Shown: positions 60,982-64,000 of the stretch, piece after piece
How the letters are laid out: each line of letters starts with the position of its first letter
How positions within the stretch are numbered: the first letter of the stretch is position 1
Source: Candidatus Nitrosopolaris sp.
GTDB taxonomy: Archaea; Thermoproteota; Nitrososphaeria; Nitrososphaerales; Nitrososphaeraceae
NCBI GenBank assembly: GCA_051985995.1
Contig: JBPYDU010000044.1
Location: forward strand, 2,794 to 66,793
Length of the DNA: 64,000 bases
Reading direction: 5' to 3'
The notes under the pieces: generated by a model
What the model was told of the DNA's origin: nothing
Seen by the model: only the letters and a program-made list of their open reading frames with translations
Database searches by the model: none
Program-made: the position numbers and the translations under genes

Positions 60982-61839
60982 ATGGAAAACAAGTTGAAGT
61001 TGAAAAAGGTTGCACTTCTATCGGACACCTCTACTATCGTGGGCTACGAGACAGCATTATCACTAGCAAGAAATGGCTATGTAACTTATGCAGGAACAAA
61101 AGCCTCCGCCCAAGCCAATAAATTATCACACATAGCTGACAGCGAAAAGTTATCTTTGCAACTGATTAAACTAGATGTCAATAGCAGTTCTTCTGTTACA
61201 AACGCAGTGAAACAGGTATTGAAAAATGAAGGATTGATTGACCTGCTGGTGAACGGTACTGGTTACGTCTTGCTAGGGTGTTTCGAGGATATTTCCGCGA
61301 AGGAAATGGCAGCACAATTTGAAACAAATTTTTACGGCATCACGAGAATGTTAAGGTCGGTTCTGCCGATCATGCGTAAACAAAGAAGCGGGGTTATAAT
61401 CAACATTAACTCCGTCGCCGGACAAATCGGATTCCCTTGCTCTTCGGCGTTCGTCTGTTCACAATTTGCGATTCAAGGTTTGAGTGAATCGCTAAGATAT
61501 GAATTAGAACCCTTCGGTATCGATGTCTCAATTATCGAACCAGGAATCATCCGACCTTCGGCGTTTACGAACCTTATAGTCGTAGCACAAAGAGCAAAGC
61601 GGTTGTCTTCTCCATATTCTGATATTACTCGAAAGCTAACTAACGACATGGGTCGCATGCCTGAATTAGGATCATTACCTGTCGAAGTAGCATCCACTGT
61701 ATTGAAGGCAATACAATCCAAGCCAATATTACCTCGCTATATGGTAGGTAATGATGCCGCTATGATAACCGAGTCTCGCAAGTCAATGACAGACATCGAA
61801 TTCGAAAATTTTGTTAAAGGCACAATACTGAGTGTCTAG
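60982..61839 (+). CDS. Short-chain dehydrogenase/reductase-fold protein with degenerate catalytic motifs
   Basis: LDV, IDLLVN, FETNFYG, IININS, ESLRYEL.PFGI.V..IEPG; the glycine-rich and YxxxK motifs are altered. Confidence 0.85.
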   Translation: MENKLKLKKVALLSDTSTIVGYETALSLARNGYVTYAGTKASAQANKLSHIADSEKLSLQLIKLDVNSSSSVTNAVKQVLKNEGLIDLLVNGTGYVLLGCFEDISAKEMAAQFETNFYGITRMLRSVLPIMRKQRSGVIININSVAGQIGFPCSSAFVCSQFAIQGLSESLRYELEPFGIDVSIIEPGIIRPSAFTNLIVVAQRAKRLSSPYSDITRKLTNDMGRMPELGSLPVEVASTVLKAIQSKPILPRYMVGNDAAMITESRKSMTDIEFENFVKGTILSV

Positions 61840-61986
61840 TTTTTACGAACAAGATTTTATCTAAGCAAGTTATGGTTCTGTGATTGAGACATACTACGTG
61901 TCACCTATGGCTGCAAATTCAAAATGATATTCTAATTGGATGTTCTGGATTTTGGTGAAAGAATTTTTAGGAGATGATTTGAGAGA

Positions 61987-63258
61987 TCAAATTTGTTTTC
62001 TATATCTAAATCTGTCCAGCTTGATCAATTCGTGATAGGATCCAAATCCACTGGGATCGACCTTATCTAAACTAGATTCAGATTCTAGGGGTTCTAGACC
62101 GAAAATCTTGATCAGTGAATAAAGAGTCGTGCGCTGCGCAGGTACTCGGCCTGCTTCTCTGATTACTGAATGTAAATACTTAGGTTTCATTAGCTGCCCG
62201 TATTGTGCACCTGCTGCTGTAGAGATGCTCTCATTCATAAGTGTGCCACCAAAGTCGTTCGCACCTGCTCCAAGCAAAAGCTGAGACATTCTCGGTCCCT
62301 CTTTGACCCATGAGACTTGAATATTATTTATGTAGCGGTTTAGCATGATTCGTGAAACGGCATGCATCTTGATTACTTCATTGCCGCTGGGGCCAGGCCG
62401 CATGTGAGACATCGGGCCATTATTATTATTATTATTCTTATTCTTATTATACATGGGCGCCTCATTATGCACAAAGCTAAGGGGCACAAATTCGGTAAAG
62501 CCGTGCGTACCTTTCTGAATTTCTCGTAGCACCCCAAGATGGTTTGCTTTGTGCTGAGATGATTCCACATGGCCATACATGACAGTAGACGTTGTCGGAA
62601 TATCCAACGAATGCGCAAGCTTGACCACCCTTATCCAATCCTTAACACTGATCCTTCCAGGAGAAATGAGGTCTCGCATGTTTTGATCCAATATTTCAGC
62701 AGCTGTTCCTGGAAGACTACCAACGCCGGCTTCCTTCAACATTCGTAAATATTCCTCGACAGAGACTTCAGACCGAAGTGCTCCGTATAGAACTTCCTCA
62801 GGAGAAAACGCGTGTATATGAATGTCTGGGAGTTCTTTCTTTATCGCTCTACAGATTTCAATATACAAATACCCATCCATTTTTGGAGGTAGGCCGGCCT
62901 GGATACAAACCTCTGTTGCGCCTAACCTCCAAGCTTCCTTAGCTCTTCTTAGAATCTCCGCCGTAGGCAGGAAATAACCTTCCTCCTGTCTAAAATCACG
63001 ACTAAAAGCACAGAAACCACAACGTTTGATGCAGACATTTGTGAAATTAATATTCCTGTTTATTACGTATGTAACATTTTCCCCTATTGTCCTTTGCCGA
63101 AGCTCGTCTGCAATTCTCAGAATCATATTCAGTTCGGTCCCGTTGGAGTCGAGCAGTTCGGTTCCTTGCTCAACGGAAATATCCTTGTCGCTCAATGCTC
63201 TATCCAAAGTCTCTGAGATTATCGGGTCGAGATTCTTCAATACAGAGTCGAGTGTCAT
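61987..63258 (-). CDS. cofH: FO synthase subunit CofH
   Basis: NRNINFTNVCIKRCGFCAF, PGTAAEIL, T.MYGH, TEFVPL, NIQVSWVK.G, GANDFGGTLMNE.I; overlaps the cofG stop. Confidence 0.93.
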   Translation of the reverse strand: MTLDSVLKNLDPIISETLDRALSDKDISVEQGTELLDSNGTELNMILRIADELRQRTIGENVTYVINRNINFTNVCIKRCGFCAFSRDFRQEEGYFLPTAEILRRAKEAWRLGATEVCIQAGLPPKMDGYLYIEICRAIKKELPDIHIHAFSPEEVLYGALRSEVSVEEYLRMLKEAGVGSLPGTAAEILDQNMRDLISPGRISVKDWIRVVKLAHSLDIPTTSTVMYGHVESSQHKANHLGVLREIQKGTHGFTEFVPLSFVHNEAPMYNKNKNNNNNNGPMSHMRPGPSGNEVIKMHAVSRIMLNRYINNIQVSWVKEGPRMSQLLLGAGANDFGGTLMNESISTAAGAQYGQLMKPKYLHSVIREAGRVPAQRTTLYSLIKIFGLEPLESESSLDKVDPSGFGSYHELIKLDRFRYRKQI

Positions 63259-64000
63259 ACTAAATATTCCTCCTGAACAAGTCCGAAATCGTCACAGATA
63301 GGCTCTACGTAGGTTCTGAGCGTCTCAGGAATAAACCTATTGTCGAACAAGAATTCGGGGTAAACTGGTAACCGCGCTCTTAGAGAGTAACCCTTCGATT
63401 GCGTCACATCTCTCAGGTAAGATATGCTGGGCCATGAAAATTCGGGATTAACATGGTCAATCGTTAGAGGCGAGATGCCACCCCAATCGTTAATACCTGC
63501 TTCCAGATATTTTCCGAAAGTACACGGGGTGAGGTTTGGGGGAACTTGAATATTCATTTCTCCTAACACGATTCTTGCTACGCCTACGATCGTTAAGAAA
63601 AAGCTATTTGCGGGTGGCAGGGTTGATGACATTGGTGTTCCTGGTTTAGGTGCGAAGTTTTGTACTATCACCTCTTGAATGTGGCCGTATCTTTGATTGA
63701 TACCTTTTATTAAGAACAAAGAATCGATGATGTCTTGGGGTTCTTCGCCTATACCGATAAGCAATCCTGTAGTAGTCGGTATTCTTAGATCGCCGGCATC
63801 CTCTAGGGTCTTTATTCTTACTTTCGGATTTTTGCTGGGAGCCATTTCATGCGGCATCCCCTTTTGGGCTAGTCGCTCGCTAGAAGACTCGAGCATAACT
63901 CCGATGCTAACGTTGGTATCTTTCAAGAGCGACATTTCCTTTTTTGTCAGGCTACCAGCATTAGTGTGTGGAAGTAAACCTGTTTTTTCCAATATATTTT
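63255..64000 (-). CDS. cofG: FO synthase subunit CofG (5'-truncated by window edge)
   Basis: LLPHTNAG, TTGLLIGIGE, GHIQEVIVQNF.PK, IQVPPNL, GINDWGGISP.T.DHVNPE, RLPVYP; frame open to the edge. Confidence 0.93.
   Translation of the reverse strand, partial: NILEKTGLLPHTNAGSLTKKEMSLLKDTNVSIGVMLESSSERLAQKGMPHEMAPSKNPKVRIKTLEDAGDLRIPTTTGLLIGIGEEPQDIIDSLFLIKGINQRYGHIQEVIVQNFAPKPGTPMSSTLPPANSFFLTIVGVARIVLGEMNIQVPPNLTPCTFGKYLEAGINDWGGISPLTIDHVNPEFSWPSISYLRDVTQSKGYSLRARLPVYPEFLFDNRFIPETLRTYVEPICDDFGLVQEEYLV

Overview
Core chromosomal segment of an ammonia-oxidising archaeon (Thaumarchaeota/Nitrososphaerota, most like soil Nitrososphaerales). Markers: eukaryote-like topoisomerase IB, CdvB/CdvC (ESCRT-III/Vps4), thaumarchaeosortase, class I LysRS, Elp3, Alba, TFE-beta/Rpc34-like protein, a membrane cupredoxin, cofG/cofH, and frequent TTG/GTG starts. 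It carries an ilvB-ilvN-leuA-leuB/ilvC cluster, gluconeogenesis genes (fbp, tpiA, gap), trpGD, sucCD, ino1, psmB, purM, ileS, ppa, nadK, nob1, a UbiD-family decarboxylase and two tRNAs (Arg-CCT with a D-loop intron; Ile-GAT). No CRISPR array, rRNA or intact transposase/integrase was seen. The most notable unexplained signals are: (1) a multi-stem 5' leader containing a Val/Leu-ending upstream ORF in front of ilvB, with a palindrome around its TATA box (candidate archaeal attenuator or riboswitch-like element); (2) a decayed region at the tRNA-Arg 3' end with a symmetric 3+3 array of 9-bp iteron-like repeats; (3) a stand-alone MORC/Hsp90-like GHKL ATPase next to a proteasome beta subunit; (4) a small Zn-ribbon protein with a histone H1-like tail; (5) several apparent pseudoenzymes or divergent paralogues. 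All calls come from reading motifs by eye; no database search or folding program was run.
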